Origin: an uncultured Clostridia bacterium
GTDB taxonomy: Bacteria; Bacillota; Clostridia; TANB77; CAG-508
Reading direction: 5' to 3'
DNA: 41,614 bases
Assembly: GCA_947626235.1 (NCBI GenBank)
Contig: CANQRI010000002.1
Location: 1 to 41,614 of the forward strand
Position 1 is the stretch's first letter. Every line of letters begins with the position of its first letter. Both the position numbers and the translations under genes were made by a program. The notes beneath the pieces are model-generated. The model was not told the origin of the DNA, made no database searches, and saw only the letters and a list, made by a program, of their open reading frames with translations. Below are positions 1 to 10,405 of this stretch, piece after piece.

Positions 1-3000
1 CCATCTTGTAATACATACCAATCTCTATTCAATTCTGCATTGAAATTAAAGTTTGATGGTATATAATCTATTATTTTCTTAGCATATCCTGCAATGGCAC
101 CTTCGTTTACTATTGATATTTTGTATTCAACTGCTATTGTTGTTTCTTCTAAATATGCTGCTGTTAAATCTCTTTTTGCAAACTTATTATTGTAATCATA
201 TTTTGCTGTACCTGTTTGATTTTGAACTGTTATGCTTGCTACTGTTTTATCTAGTTTTAAATCGAATTTTTTATCTTCTACTAAACCTGCATCTACGTTG
301 TATGCATTAGCTGTTGTTACTGTTACTCTTTCAGTTAAACCAGCTAACCTTTCTTCTCCGTATAATGTTATTTTACTATCTATAATATCTGAATTTACTA
401 TATCGTCTATTCCTTCTTTTCTATATTCTGTACCACTATAGTTTGCTACATCGTATAAGAATATAACTGAATAATCTCCTTGTGGTAACAATCTAAATTC
501 ATAATTTCCGTTTTCATCAGTAGTTTTAGTTATTGCATTTCCTGCTGCATTTATTACTAAGTTTCCTGTTTTATAACTATATAACATTACTTGTACACCT
601 TTAACCCTAGGTTCATTTTCGTCTTTCTTGCCATTTTCGTCTGTATCTATCCATACTTGACCTTGTATTTTTCTTAACCTTACATTGTTTGGATCGTTTG
701 GATCATATGGATTGTCTGGATCGTATGGAATGTCTGAATTATTTGGGTCATTTGGATCATTTGGATTGCTTGGGTTGTTTGGATTATTTGGATTGTTTGG
801 GTTATTTGGGTTATTTGGGTTATTTGGATTGTTTGGATTATTTGGATTGTTTGGGTTATTTGGATTGTTTGGATCGTTTGGATCACCTGAACCTCCTGAA
901 CCACCCATTGTTCCTGGTACTATTGTATGTTTTAATTTATTAGTATATATTTCTCCTATATTTGTACTATATATTATAAATTGAAGTTCTACTGGTATTG
1001 AAGTTACTCCATTTTCTAGTTCATCTGCCCTTAATGTTAATTCGTATTTAAGTGATGTTCCTACTGGTAAATTTGCTGTAAGTTGAATGTCCTTTGTTTC
1101 TCCTCCTCCTATTTCTGATTCATTATCATCTATTATATATTTTGCAGAAACATATGATAATCCATTTGGAAGTGTTGCTATAACTGAAACATTTTGTAAA
1201 CTTTGTGTTCCTGTATTTTGTATTTCTAATAAATATGTTATATATTCTCCTTCTTCTATTTCACCTTCTGGAATATCTGAAGTTAATGTTGCTTTTAATT
1301 CTGCTTTTTTAATATCTGCTTTATTTACTGTTTCATTACTTATCATACTTCTTAAGTCACCGTTTGCTGTTTCAAATGACATTCTCATTGAATTTCTAAT
1401 TTCACTTAATCCATAATTTGTTTGACTTAAGTCTACTGTTAAATATACTTCTACTTTTTGATTTACATCTAATGTTGGAATTGTGTATGTGATTTCTTTT
1501 GTTTGTTGATTATATTGACCTTGAGTTTTTACCATGTCTAAAACATAATATGCTTCATTAAATATTGTGTTTGCTGGTAATAAGTCTTTTACTACAAGGT
1601 TAGTTATTTTCTCATTTATATTTTGTACTGTAAGTCTATATGTTAATTTACTATTTCTATCTAATGTTTTACTTGCACCTGGCGTTGTTATTAAAGATGT
1701 TTCCAAAAATCCTTTTAATACATTATTTGTAAGCTCATTTTCTGATTGAGCTACTGCATCTAAATTAAATGCTGTTGCATGTGCTGTTGCTTTTAATGTT
1801 ACTGATTGATCTCCTAAATAATGTCCGTTTTCATCTTCTATTGCTGGTATTTTATTAACTCTTACTTCAAATTCAAAACTACTACTATTTCCTGGTTCTA
1901 TATTTCCAAGTAATTCAGATACTTGTGTTTTTGTTTCATCTGGTTCATATGTATCTTCATTTGAATCTTCTACAGCTGCTTTATATTTTATGTATGTTGT
2001 TCCTTCTGGTATATCTGCTCCCGCTACAACGCCTTCTATTTTTGCTTTTCCTATATTAGTTACTTTTACAGTATATTTTATAATTTGTCCTTCATATACG
2101 TCTATGTTATTTCCTACATTTGATTGCATTTCTACTTTTAATTCTGGACCTTCACCAGTTGTAACTTCTGCAAGTGGTGCTACTAATTTTTCTTGTGCAT
2201 TAGATATTAGCGCTATTTCAGAATTTACTACATTATTATAATATACAGCATAGTTTGTATAACCATAGTTGTTACGACTTAATGAACTTGGTATTTCTAC
2301 ATTATATTTTAATGATATTATTGTTCCTATTTCCATTTGGTAGTTATTTAATACTACTAAATATGATTTTGCTTTTGATAAGTCTTGCATTTGTGTAGTC
2401 CATTTATTTGACTCATCTTCTAAATTATTTGTAGCTGATGCATTTTCAGAATAGTATATTGTTACATTGCTACTTTCTATTCCTTCTACTGAAATTTCTG
2501 ATTTTAATGTTGCATCAAATGTTGAACCTAAATCTTCACCTGTTTGTAGGTTTGCATTTCCTTTTGATATTATTCTTCCTAATATATTTACATTATTTAT
2601 TGGTGTTGTTCCATTGTTTATAATTGTATTTTCTACTGTTGCAAGTTTTGTTTGTGCAGAAAGTACATCTAATGCTCCTTTTTTACCTTCTCCACTTATT
2701 AATAATAATTTTTCATTTTGATTATTGTAGTTTGAAATACTATTTGCTGCTACTAACCCAACTGGTGCTACAAATTTTACTGGAGTTTGCGCTACTCCTT
2801 TTCCTTCTTCTACTGCTTCGAATACATTGCTATTTGCATTTTGTACATACATTTTTAATTGTGACTCTATTGTTGGTGTTAATTGCTTTGTTGCAATATT
2901 TACATTTGCTATTATGTTTGCACCTCTTGCTACTAAACCTAAGTCATATTTTGTTTGTTCTCCTGATAATATTACTCTTAATGTTCTTGGTGCTATTACT

Positions 3001-4886
3001 TCATAACTTTCTATTTTTAATTCATCGTTAAATTTTAATTCTACACTATTTACAGTTATATTTTCTACATATTCTGGTAATACAAATTCTATTACTGGGT
3101 TTGTGTATAGTGCATAATTTTCGTTTGATGTATCTAATATTGCTCTTAATTCTATTCCTTCATTTTCTACTACTGTTGATAATACTTCTGTATTTAGTTG
3201 AACTTCGATTTTTGATACTGGTTCTACTAATAAAGTACTTGATGTTATTTCTTGAGATATAATGCTCATTTGCTCTTTTATTGTTTCTACTGCTACATTT
3301 GATTTTATTGCTTTATAGTTTTCTACTTGTGCTAAATTTACATCTGATTTTATTGCTTTATTTATATGTATAGTAATTGTTCCTTCTTTTTGTGGTTTTG
3401 ATGTTTTTATAGTTAATTGGTCTATAGACATATCTGCTAAATCTACTAATATATTTCCATTATCGTCTACTTCTGTTTCTTTTCCTATTATTGATATTGG
3501 ATTTCCATCTACTGTTTCTATTGTTATTGTTCCGTCTTCACCAAGTATGTCTATATAACTTTCTCTATTTATATATAAACTTTTTATGTATGTTGTACTT
3601 TCTGAAAGATATTCTTGATCATCTACAAATATGTATGAATCTGGTTTTACACTTATGTTTAATTCATCTACTAAATCTACATAACTTATATTTATTGATA
3701 CTTGTTGTTTATATTCTGTTTCTTTTCTATTTTCTTCTGAAGATTTTTTGTTTGAATATAGAAAAGCTTTACTTAAACTTTCTGTTCCTGTTACTTCTGC
3801 TAATACTATGTCGTTTAGTTTTTCTTTTAACTCGTTTTCTGCTTCTGGAACTTCTGCCTCTATTGTTTTTTGCTCGTTTCCATATACTTGCATTTCTGCT
3901 TTTGCTGAAGTTGTTACTTTTATACCTTCTTCTGCTAGTTCGTTTAATTCTTCTGAATTAAATACAGCTGTAATAATGTATTCGTCTTGAACTTGTTTTT
4001 TCCATGATACTGTTCCATCTTCTTTTACATTATTTTCTGTTACTATTTCTAGCATTCCAGTTTCTTCATTATATGTATATTCTTCTTCACTTAAAGTTTT
4101 TGACATACCATTTGTTGCAAGTGTATTTGCCATTATTTTTATTTGTGATGGCATGTTTCCATTTATAGTTGGTACTAAAACTTCTACTTTGGTTTGTTTT
4201 AATGGTAATTTATTTTCTTTTATTGATGCTTTGACTACTGTTTGTAATAAAACTCCTTGTTGATTTCCAACTTTATATGGTACATATCTTGTTATTTCTT
4301 GTGAAATTTCGGATTCTGGTTCATCTTCCCAATTTAGTTGTAGTTTTATTGTTTTATTTATTTTCTTTTCGTCACCTTTAGCATCTATGTATATACCAGT
4401 TAATTCTAAAGCATTTTCTTTTGCGAAACTGCTTAAATTTACATTTTCTTTTTGCTCAAAGCTAATTGGTAGTTCTAGAACCTGCTCTGAACCACTTTCT
4501 ATATTGTTTAATTTAATTACATTTTCCTCTACAGACTGGCATATTGGATTTTCTACCCCTAACACGACAAAATTTGCAGATTCATCTGAAGAGCCTTTTA
4601 TTTTAATTTGGCCTTCTTTTAAGTAACCTGCATTTTTTACATTTATTTTTGCATATATTAAATTACTTTCGCTTATTTTTTTACTTGCAGTGTGGGTTAT
4701 GCTTTCACCCTCTTTAAAATATGCATCGAATTCAACATTACTATTGTTGGTTGAAGTGCCTTGCTTTTCTAATGCTGAATTTGTTGCATATACCTTACTT
4801 ACATAAACTCCTATTACTTGCAAATAGCTAAATGCTATTGCTGTGATTAATAGTGTGGCTACCATTTTTTTCAAAGTTTTGTACAT
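1..4886 (-). CDS. Large secreted/surface protein (>1600 aa, 3' end runs off window): signal peptide, Ig-like scaffold, DUF11-like domains, PNN linker, SdrD-B-like domain
   Basis: Not in ORF track (no stop in window). AGGAGG RBS then ATG at 4886: MYKTLKKMVATLLITAIAFSYLQVIG... Spot translations read open and both ends are in frame (...NRDWYVLQDG at position 1). DUF11-like YEGQIIKYTVKVTNIG and IEEGEYITYLLEIQNTG; SdrD-B-like GQVWIDTDENGKKDENE. Confidence 0.9.
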   Translation of the reverse strand, partial: MYKTLKKMVATLLITAIAFSYLQVIGVYVSKVYATNSALEKQGTSTNNSNVEFDAYFKEGESITHTASKKISESNLIYAKINVKNAGYLKEGQIKIKGSSDESANFVVLGVENPICQSVEENVIKLNNIESGSEQVLELPISFEQKENVNLSSFAKENALELTGIYIDAKGDEKKINKTIKLQLNWEDEPESEISQEITRYVPYKVGNQQGVLLQTVVKASIKENKLPLKQTKVEVLVPTINGNMPSQIKIMANTLATNGMSKTLSEEEYTYNEETGMLEIVTENNVKEDGTVSWKKQVQDEYIITAVFNSEELNELAEEGIKVTTSAKAEMQVYGNEQKTIEAEVPEAENELKEKLNDIVLAEVTGTESLSKAFLYSNKKSSEENRKETEYKQQVSINISYVDLVDELNISVKPDSYIFVDDQEYLSESTTYIKSLYINRESYIDILGEDGTITIETVDGNPISIIGKETEVDDNGNILVDLADMSIDQLTIKTSKPQKEGTITIHINKAIKSDVNLAQVENYKAIKSNVAVETIKEQMSIISQEITSSTLLVEPVSKIEVQLNTEVLSTVVENEGIELRAILDTSNENYALYTNPVIEFVLPEYVENITVNSVELKFNDELKIESYEVIAPRTLRVILSGEQTKYDLGLVARGANIIANVNIATKQLTPTIESQLKMYVQNANSNVFEAVEEGKGVAQTPVKFVAPVGLVAANSISNYNNQNEKLLLISGEGKKGALDVLSAQTKLATVENTIINNGTTPINNVNILGRIISKGNANLQTGEDLGSTFDATLKSEISVEGIESSNVTIYYSENASATNNLEDESNKWTTQMQDLSKAKSYLVVLNNYQMEIGTIISLKYNVEIPSSLSRNNYGYTNYAVYYNNVVNSEIALISNAQEKLVAPLAEVTTGEGPELKVEMQSNVGNNIDVYEGQIIKYTVKVTNIGKAKIEGVVAGADIPEGTTYIKYKAAVEDSNEDTYEPDETKTQVSELLGNIEPGNSSSFEFEVRVNKIPAIEDENGHYLGDQSVTLKATAHATAFNLDAVAQSENELTNNVLKGFLETSLITTPGASKTLDRNSKLTYRLTVQNINEKITNLVVKDLLPANTIFNEAYYVLDMVKTQGQYNQQTKEITYTIPTLDVNQKVEVYLTVDLSQTNYGLSEIRNSMRMSFETANGDLRSMISNETVNKADIKKAELKATLTSDIPEGEIEEGEYITYLLEIQNTGTQSLQNVSVIATLPNGLSYVSAKYIIDDNESEIGGGETKDIQLTANLPVGTSLKYELTLRADELENGVTSIPVELQFIIYSTNIGEIYTNKLKHTIVPGTMGGSGGSGDPNDPNNPNNPNNPNNPNNPNNPNNPNNPNNPNNPNNPSNPNDPNDPNNSDIPYDPDNPYDPNDPNNVRLRKIQGQVWIDTDENGKKDENEPRVKGVQVMLYSYKTGNLVINAAGNAITKTTDENGNYEFRLLPQGDYSVIFLYDVANYSGTEYRKEGIDDIVNSDIIDSKITLYGEERLAGLTERVTVTTANAYNVDAGLVEDKKFDLKLDKTVASITVQNQTGTAKYDYNNKFAKRDLTAAYLEETTIAVEYKISIVNEGAIAGYAKKIIDYIPSNFNFNAELNRDWYVLQD
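685..882 (-). repeat. 9-bp tandem repeat (~22 units) encoding a Pro-Asn-Asn/Pro-Asn-Asp linker
   Basis: Plus-strand units such as TTGTTTGGA/TTATTTGGG; 16 well-conserved units 739-882 plus 6 more variable units 685-738; translates ...GDPNDPNNPNNPNN...PYDPDNPYDPNDPNN in the minus-strand CDS. Confidence 0.95.
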
Positions 4887-4928
4887 ACAAATTCCTCCTA
4901 TTTTTGGATTTTATCCTTATAATATATT

Positions 4929-4957
4929 ATTATACACCCTGCTGTAGGAAATTTCAA
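4929..4957 (-). promoter_or_regulatory. sigA-type promoter of the large surface protein gene
   Basis: TTGAAA-17 nt-TATAAT on minus strand upstream of the RBS. Confidence 0.65.
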
Positions 4958-5232
4958 GTTTTTTAAACATTTTATGTCAATTTTTTGGTATTTATTTCAA
5001 ACTTTACAAAATATTTTCAAATTATGATTCTTTCCATGGCTTTTTGGTATTTTTTTATTAATTTTTATTTAATATAATATTTATTAATATAATTTTCTCA
5101 TTTTTCTACATTTTTTTCAATACTCTTAAGCTTTACATTTTAGTATTTAAGCGGTTTTCATTTACGGATTGTCCTTTTTATAATATATTATTAAATTTTC
5201 ATTACAATTATTAAATTTTTTTAATTTTTGTA

Positions 5233-5259
5233 ACACTTTTTATTTTTTTTCATAATATA
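5233..5259 (+). promoter_or_regulatory. possible sigK/sigE-type (mother-cell) promoter
   Basis: AC-16 nt-CATAATATA matches the B. subtilis sigK pattern AC-N16/17-CATAnnnTA; short motif in AT-rich DNA. Confidence 0.35.
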
Positions 5260-5672
5260 TGGTAACTTTTCTATTGAAAGGATTAGTGATTATTTTGAGA
5301 GAAAATTTTAATTATTCTTCTAAAAATAATAATATGAACAATATCGATTTTGATAGTATTTTCAATAGTTTCAAGGAAAATAATCAAGATAATTTTTCAT
5401 GCAATTTTAATGATAATTTTGATTCAAATGAAGAAAATAATTCTAATATTTTTGGAAATATTGACATTGGAACTATGATGAAAATGAAGTCTATTATAGA
5501 TAAAATGAATAACTCAAAAAATGACCCTCGATCTAATTTGTTAAGATCTTTAAAACCTTATTTGAGTTCTAATAAAAGAAATCAAATTGATAAATATATT
5601 CAAATTTTCAATATTAGCAAGGCTTTTGAGGGATTTAATAACTTTGGTGGTGAAAATAATAATGATGTATAA
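5259..5672 (+). CDS. hypothetical Asn-rich protein, possibly sporulation/spore-surface associated (true start may be TTG 5295)
   Basis: ORF with non-shadow composition; C-terminal DPRSNLLRSLKPYL..KRNQIDKYIQ resembles small conserved clostridial hypotheticals; overlaps the start of the next ORF. Confidence 0.7.
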   Translation: MVTFLLKGLVIILRENFNYSSKNNNMNNIDFDSIFNSFKENNQDNFSCNFNDNFDSNEENNSNIFGNIDIGTMMKMKSIIDKMNNSKNDPRSNLLRSLKPYLSSNKRNQIDKYIQIFNISKAFEGFNNFGGENNNDV

Positions 5673-5871
5673 TTCCCCCCTTTTTAACTTTTTTAATTCT
5701 ATGTTTGGTTTTCATAAAAATAGTGGTTTTCATTATGAAAAACCACCTTTTAATAATATCCGTATATCTTCCGAAGATTTACTTATCCTAGCAATTATAT
5801 TTTTTTTATATAATGAAAATTGCACAGATACATATCTTTATTTTGCATTATTTATGCTACTTTTAAGCTAG
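5662..5871 (+). CDS. small hypothetical protein with hydrophobic C-terminus
   Basis: GGTGGTGA RBS-like sequence then ATG ATG at 5662 (same frame as track ORF 5587..5871); EDLLILAIIFFLYNE...LYFALFMLLLS; overlaps the upstream stop. Confidence 0.65.
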   Translation: MMYNSPLFNFFNSMFGFHKNSGFHYEKPPFNNIRISSEDLLILAIIFFLYNENCTDTYLYFALFMLLLS

Positions 5872-5941
5872 TAAATATTAATTTTTAAAGTGACTAATTT
5901 TACTTTTTATTAGCATAGTTTTCTATGTTCTGCTATATATG

Positions 5942-6565
5942 CTATTCTATAACGATTTCACCTTCATCACCTATATATGCATATGTTTTCGTGCTTTGTA
6001 CTGCCTCTTCTTCTGGATTTTTTTCTATTTCTTTTATAATGTTTGATATTCTTATTTGTGGACAATCTATTTGACTTGCCGCAATTATAGCTTCTCTGTT
6101 TCCCTTTGCTCCTGCATGTGCCAAACCTCTTAATGTACCTAATACTATTATGTTTTCTCCTGCTATTATTTCTGCTCCTCCATTTACATCCCCTATTACT
6201 ACAATGCTTCCTTCATATTCTACTTTTTGCCCTGAACGTATAGAACCTTTTTGAAATTTTGTGTCTGATGATTTTATTTCTCTGCTAAATGCTCTCTTTA
6301 TTCCATGTAATCCTAATGTTTTAGGACTTTCAAAATCTACTTTTACATCTAACATTTTATTTATTACTTTTTGTACTTCTTCCATTTCTGCATTGCTTAA
6401 TACTTTTCCCGCTACTTGTATAGGCGTTTTTTCATCTTGATATAGTTCTTTTAAATCTTCTATTTTCTTTTCTAAACATTCTATTATCTCTTCTTGTGTT
6501 GCACCATCACTTAATTTTATTATTATAGTGTCCTTTTTTAAATTTATTGTTACACAATTTTTCAT
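5942..6565 (-). CDS. minC: septum site-determining protein MinC
   Basis: GSIRSGQKVEYEGSIVVIGDVNGGAEIIAGENIIVLGTLRGLAHAGAKG = MinC C-terminal beta-helix; follows mreBCD-mrdA. Confidence 0.95.
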   Translation of the reverse strand: MKNCVTINLKKDTIIIKLSDGATQEEIIECLEKKIEDLKELYQDEKTPIQVAGKVLSNAEMEEVQKVINKMLDVKVDFESPKTLGLHGIKRAFSREIKSSDTKFQKGSIRSGQKVEYEGSIVVIGDVNGGAEIIAGENIIVLGTLRGLAHAGAKGNREAIIAASQIDCPQIRISNIIKEIEKNPEEEAVQSTKTYAYIGDEGEIVIE

Positions 6566-6584
6566 ATTTTACTTCCTTCTTTCT

Positions 6585-6714
6585 GCTAAACTATTAAACT
6601 ATTAGGGACGGGGTTAAATAGTTTAGTAAATAAATATTCATTTTTCAATTTTTGGATTATATTTTCAATATGCTAAACTATTTAACCCCGTCCCTAATAG
6701 TTTAATAGTTTAGC
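6585..6714. repeat. REPIN/MITE-like element: perfect 42-bp inverted repeat with 46-nt spacer
   Basis: GCTAAACTATTAAACTATTAGGGACGGGGTTAAATAGTTTAG at 6585-6626, exact reverse complement at 6673-6714. Confidence 0.9.
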
Positions 6715-8795
6715 TAATCTTTTAGTTCAATCATTGGTATAGCTGTCATGTCTTCTGTGATTTTGTTTGCATTCATTCCAAAGTATTCTGCTATAATATC
6801 TCTTGCTACTTCTGCGGTATAACTTCCGTGTCCGCCGTTTTCTACCATTACTACTACTGCTATTTCAGGGTTGTCGAATGGCGCAAAACCAACAAACCAT
6901 GCATTTGTTTTATTTCCCGCTTCTGCAGAACCTGTTTTTCCTCCAACTTCTATGTTGAAGCCTCTAAATACAGAGGCTGCTGTTCCTCCTGATTCTGTGG
7001 TAACACCTTTCATTCCTTCTTTTACAGCTTGTATTGTTTCTTGTTTAAATGGTAACTGCTCCATTTCGTCTCTTTGTCTGTTTAGCCTTTGGTCTACGAA
7101 ATTTTGTATTTCTTGTTTTGGTACTTCGTTTCCGTTTGCATCTACTATTGATTTTATTATTGTTACATTTAAATTTTTTCCTCCATTGGCTATCATGCTT
7201 GTGTATTTTGCCATTTGTAATGTTGTAAAACTGTTATCTCCTTGACCTATGGCTGCAACTAATGTTAAACCGTCTGTCCATAAATTATGAAATAGTTCTG
7301 ATGTTTCTTTGCTCGCTACATAACCTGCTTCTTCTCCTAATAGTTCTACTCCTGTTTTCTTTCCTAATCCTAAATAGTTTGCATATTTCTTTAAGTTGTC
7401 TATTCCTACTCTTCTTCCTGTTTCATAGAAGAAATAGTTGCATGAACGTACTATTGCTTGTGATACATTTAAGTATCCATGTCCACTTCTGTTCCAGCAA
7501 TGTGGTGTGTAATCTTTGTAATACCTATATGTTCCAACATCATTTATTTTTTCTGTTGGAGTTATTGCTCCTGTTTCTAGGCCTGCTATTGCTGTTACCA
7601 TTTTAAATGTTGAACCTGGAGATGATATTGATTGTATTGCTCTATTGAATAGTGGACTGTGTGCTGCTTCTGAATTGTATTCATCATATTTTGCCTGACT
7701 TATTCCATTTACAAATTGCCCCGGCTCGAAATCTGGATAACTTGCCATTGCTAGTACTTCCCCTGTGTTTACATTTAACACTACTGCTGAACCAGCATTT
7801 GCATCAAACCTTTCTGAAAAGCCATGATTTGCAATTTTGTTTATGTTTGCTTCTAGCGCATTTTCTGTAACTTGCTGAAGATTTGCATCTATTGTTAATA
7901 TAACATCTGAACCTGCTATGGCTTCTTGTGATACATATTCGCTTGTTACCGTTCCATCAACTGCCATGTCTATTTGCTTTATTCCATTTTTTCCTTTTAA
8001 ATATGGCTCAAATATATATTCTATACCTGTTCTTCCTATTATATCGTTTGGATCATATATATCTTCTTTTCCTTTTAGGTCATTTTCTTCTACTCTTCCT
8101 ATATAGCCTAATATGTGTGATGCCAAACTTCCAGATGGATAATTTCTGGTTGGATTTATTGGAATACTTATTCCTGGGAATGAGTCGTTTTGCTCATTTA
8201 ATTGTGCTAATGTGTTTTGACTTATATTTGTTGCTATTTGTACTGGCCTTGTGTTGCTATAACCATTTTTTGCTATTACATATCTTAATGTCATTATTTT
8301 TCGACATTCTTCGACATTTTCATTGTTTATTTGATATTTTTCTTTTAATATGTAGAAACATTCTTCTGCTGTTTTGCCTTGTTCTATATTGTTGTTTGTT
8401 TTCCATGTATTTTGACTTTCTTCACTTATTGTGAATGCAAATGGATTTATGGATATTGGTAAATCATCTTTATATTTGTCCCCATTTGCTTCTAATAACT
8501 GTGCAAATTTTAATAATGTCGAATTTAGGGTTTCCGTGTCGATTTTTGTCTTATACAATTCTACATCGACACCTGATATTGTACCTGCTAATATGTTTCC
8601 TGATTGATCCCTTATATTGCCTCTTTGAGCTTCTAATGTACTTTCTCTAGTAAGCCTTGTGTTTGATGTTTCTCTATATTCTTCACCATGCACTATTTGT
8701 AGGTTAAATAATTGAATTAATAGTATAGCCCCTGCTATATATATAATAGTAGCAACTATATTGTATCTTAATTTTATATTACTATTTTTTTTCAA
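6714..8795 (-). CDS. mrdA: penicillin-binding protein 2 (class B transpeptidase)
   Basis: N-terminal TM; RGNIRD; STFK, SCN and KTGS catalytic motifs; TTG start with AAGGAGG RBS; follows mreD. Confidence 0.93.
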   Translation of the reverse strand: MKKNSNIKLRYNIVATIIYIAGAILLIQLFNLQIVHGEEYRETSNTRLTRESTLEAQRGNIRDQSGNILAGTISGVDVELYKTKIDTETLNSTLLKFAQLLEANGDKYKDDLPISINPFAFTISEESQNTWKTNNNIEQGKTAEECFYILKEKYQINNENVEECRKIMTLRYVIAKNGYSNTRPVQIATNISQNTLAQLNEQNDSFPGISIPINPTRNYPSGSLASHILGYIGRVEENDLKGKEDIYDPNDIIGRTGIEYIFEPYLKGKNGIKQIDMAVDGTVTSEYVSQEAIAGSDVILTIDANLQQVTENALEANINKIANHGFSERFDANAGSAVVLNVNTGEVLAMASYPDFEPGQFVNGISQAKYDEYNSEAAHSPLFNRAIQSISSPGSTFKMVTAIAGLETGAITPTEKINDVGTYRYYKDYTPHCWNRSGHGYLNVSQAIVRSCNYFFYETGRRVGIDNLKKYANYLGLGKKTGVELLGEEAGYVASKETSELFHNLWTDGLTLVAAIGQGDNSFTTLQMAKYTSMIANGGKNLNVTIIKSIVDANGNEVPKQEIQNFVDQRLNRQRDEMEQLPFKQETIQAVKEGMKGVTTESGGTAASVFRGFNIEVGGKTGSAEAGNKTNAWFVGFAPFDNPEIAVVVMVENGGHGSYTAEVARDIIAEYFGMNANKITEDMTAIPMIELKD

Positions 8796-8864
8796 TTATA
8801 CACCTCCTTTGGCCTTATTCGAAAAACTTCTAGCATTAACACATTTGCCTTGCTTGTAAAATTT

Positions 8865-9398
8865 TTAAAAGTACCTTGTTAATACCTTTTGACCTTTGAA
8901 TATATCTTCTAATACATAGCCTGCCCTTTGCATTAAAGGATACACTATTATTGTTAATATTACGTTAAAGGCTACCTCTATTGCTAATATTTTAGCAAAA
9001 TTTAATATTTCTATATTTATTGAAAATTGTGCCACATTAAAAATATATGAACCTATTTCATATATTGCTGTAACACCCGCTACCATTAGCATTACTGTTA
9101 GCCTACTATCCTTTGAGAAATTTTTGTCTAAATAGCCTCCTAAAAAGCCAACTGCACCTAACATAACTGTTGAAGCACCTATGTTTTTTCCAAGTATTAC
9201 ATCTAAAAATATACCTAATATTATTCCATATATAGTTCCTACTCTTTGACCTGCATACAAGCCTATAAATAATGCTAAAACTATAAATAAGTTGGGCTTT
9301 ACTCCAGCTATTGTGAACCAATTAAAAAAATTGGCTTGTAATAAGAATATAATTATAAAAATTATAAAAATTACTACTATTGATAATGCTTTTTTCAA
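8865..9398 (-). CDS. mreD: rod shape-determining protein MreD
   Basis: Hydrophobic 177 aa, GVKPNL motif, between mreC and PBP2. Confidence 0.9.
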   Translation of the reverse strand: MKKALSIVVIFIIFIIIFLLQANFFNWFTIAGVKPNLFIVLALFIGLYAGQRVGTIYGIILGIFLDVILGKNIGASTVMLGAVGFLGGYLDKNFSKDSRLTVMLMVAGVTAIYEIGSYIFNVAQFSINIEILNFAKILAIEVAFNVILTIIVYPLMQRAGYVLEDIFKGQKVLTRYF

Positions 9399-9492
9399 TT
9401 TATTAGTATCCTTAAATATATTTAGGTTTTTGCGTAGGTTACCTATAAACCCTTCTCTTTTGCATTTTATAACGCTTAGTATCGTTTTGGTT

Positions 9493-10317
9493 TTATTGTG
9501 TTATTACTAATACTGTTTCCAATTTTGTAAAATCTACAGCTGTTTCTATTTTTGCATATCTATCTGGCTTATTCTGTGTATTGGTTACTTCCGTAATGGT
9601 TCCTATTAATATACCTTTTGGATATATTCCTCCCAAACCTGATGTTTCCACTGTATCTCCTTGAAGCACTGTAGCATCTGTTGGTATATATGTTGCTCTT
9701 AATGTTGATTCTTCTTCCAATGTACCTTTTGCTATTAAATTATCTCTTGTGCTTGTTATAGTACAGCTTATTGAACTTGACGTATCTACTATTGTTTGAA
9801 CTTTCGCTGTTGTTTCTGTTACTGATATTATATGTCCAACCAATCCTTTTTCTGAAATTACTGGCATATTTACTTTTATTCCATCTTTTTCTCCTATATT
9901 TATTATTATAATATCACTATAATTTGTTATATCTCTATTTATTACATACCCAGGAACTGTAGTATATTGAGTATATTTATCTTTTAAATTTACATATTCT
10001 TTTAATGTCGAATTTTCTGCTTTTACTATTTCTAGTTCTCTTAATTCTTCTTCTAACTCACTATTACGTTTTTTCAAATCTATATTTTCGTCTTTAAGTT
10101 TGTTAATGTCTGTAAAAAAGCTATCATTCCCAGCAATACCATTTTTCAAGTATGTAAGCCCATTTTGAATAGGTATTATAAAATAACCTAACACACCTTC
10201 TAGCGATGATAGGTCATTCGATTTTATATTTGAAACTATGACTATAACAATTAATACTATAACCGTTATAATTACGCCTATTACTCCTCTTTTTTTAGAT
10301 TTATGCATATTAAACAT
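9493..10317 (-). CDS. mreC: rod shape-determining protein MreC
   Basis: TM plus coiled coil; GLVGHI, GDTVETSGLGGIYPKGILIG motifs. Confidence 0.95.
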   Translation of the reverse strand: MFNMHKSKKRGVIGVIITVIVLIVIVIVSNIKSNDLSSLEGVLGYFIIPIQNGLTYLKNGIAGNDSFFTDINKLKDENIDLKKRNSELEEELRELEIVKAENSTLKEYVNLKDKYTQYTTVPGYVINRDITNYSDIIIINIGEKDGIKVNMPVISEKGLVGHIISVTETTAKVQTIVDTSSSISCTITSTRDNLIAKGTLEEESTLRATYIPTDATVLQGDTVETSGLGGIYPKGILIGTITEVTNTQNKPDRYAKIETAVDFTKLETVLVITQ

Positions 10318-10405
10318 CTATTCCTTTCTAGCTTTTCTGTTAAGGCATATACTTTTTACTTCTGTAGTTTTTTATTAAGTCATATTTTATTCTTCTTAAG
10401 TTTTA

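Noticed and set aside
680-984. ORFs with GLF, LDY and IQT repeats
   Set aside because: Alternative frames of the 9-bp repeat; the PNN frame is continuous with the long CDS.
6585-6714. Invertible promoter switch between the 42-bp inverted repeats
   Set aside because: No convincing -35/-10 pair in the 46-nt spacer and no recombinase nearby; the similar element at 38955 has only an 18-nt spacer. Reads with a flipped spacer would reopen this.
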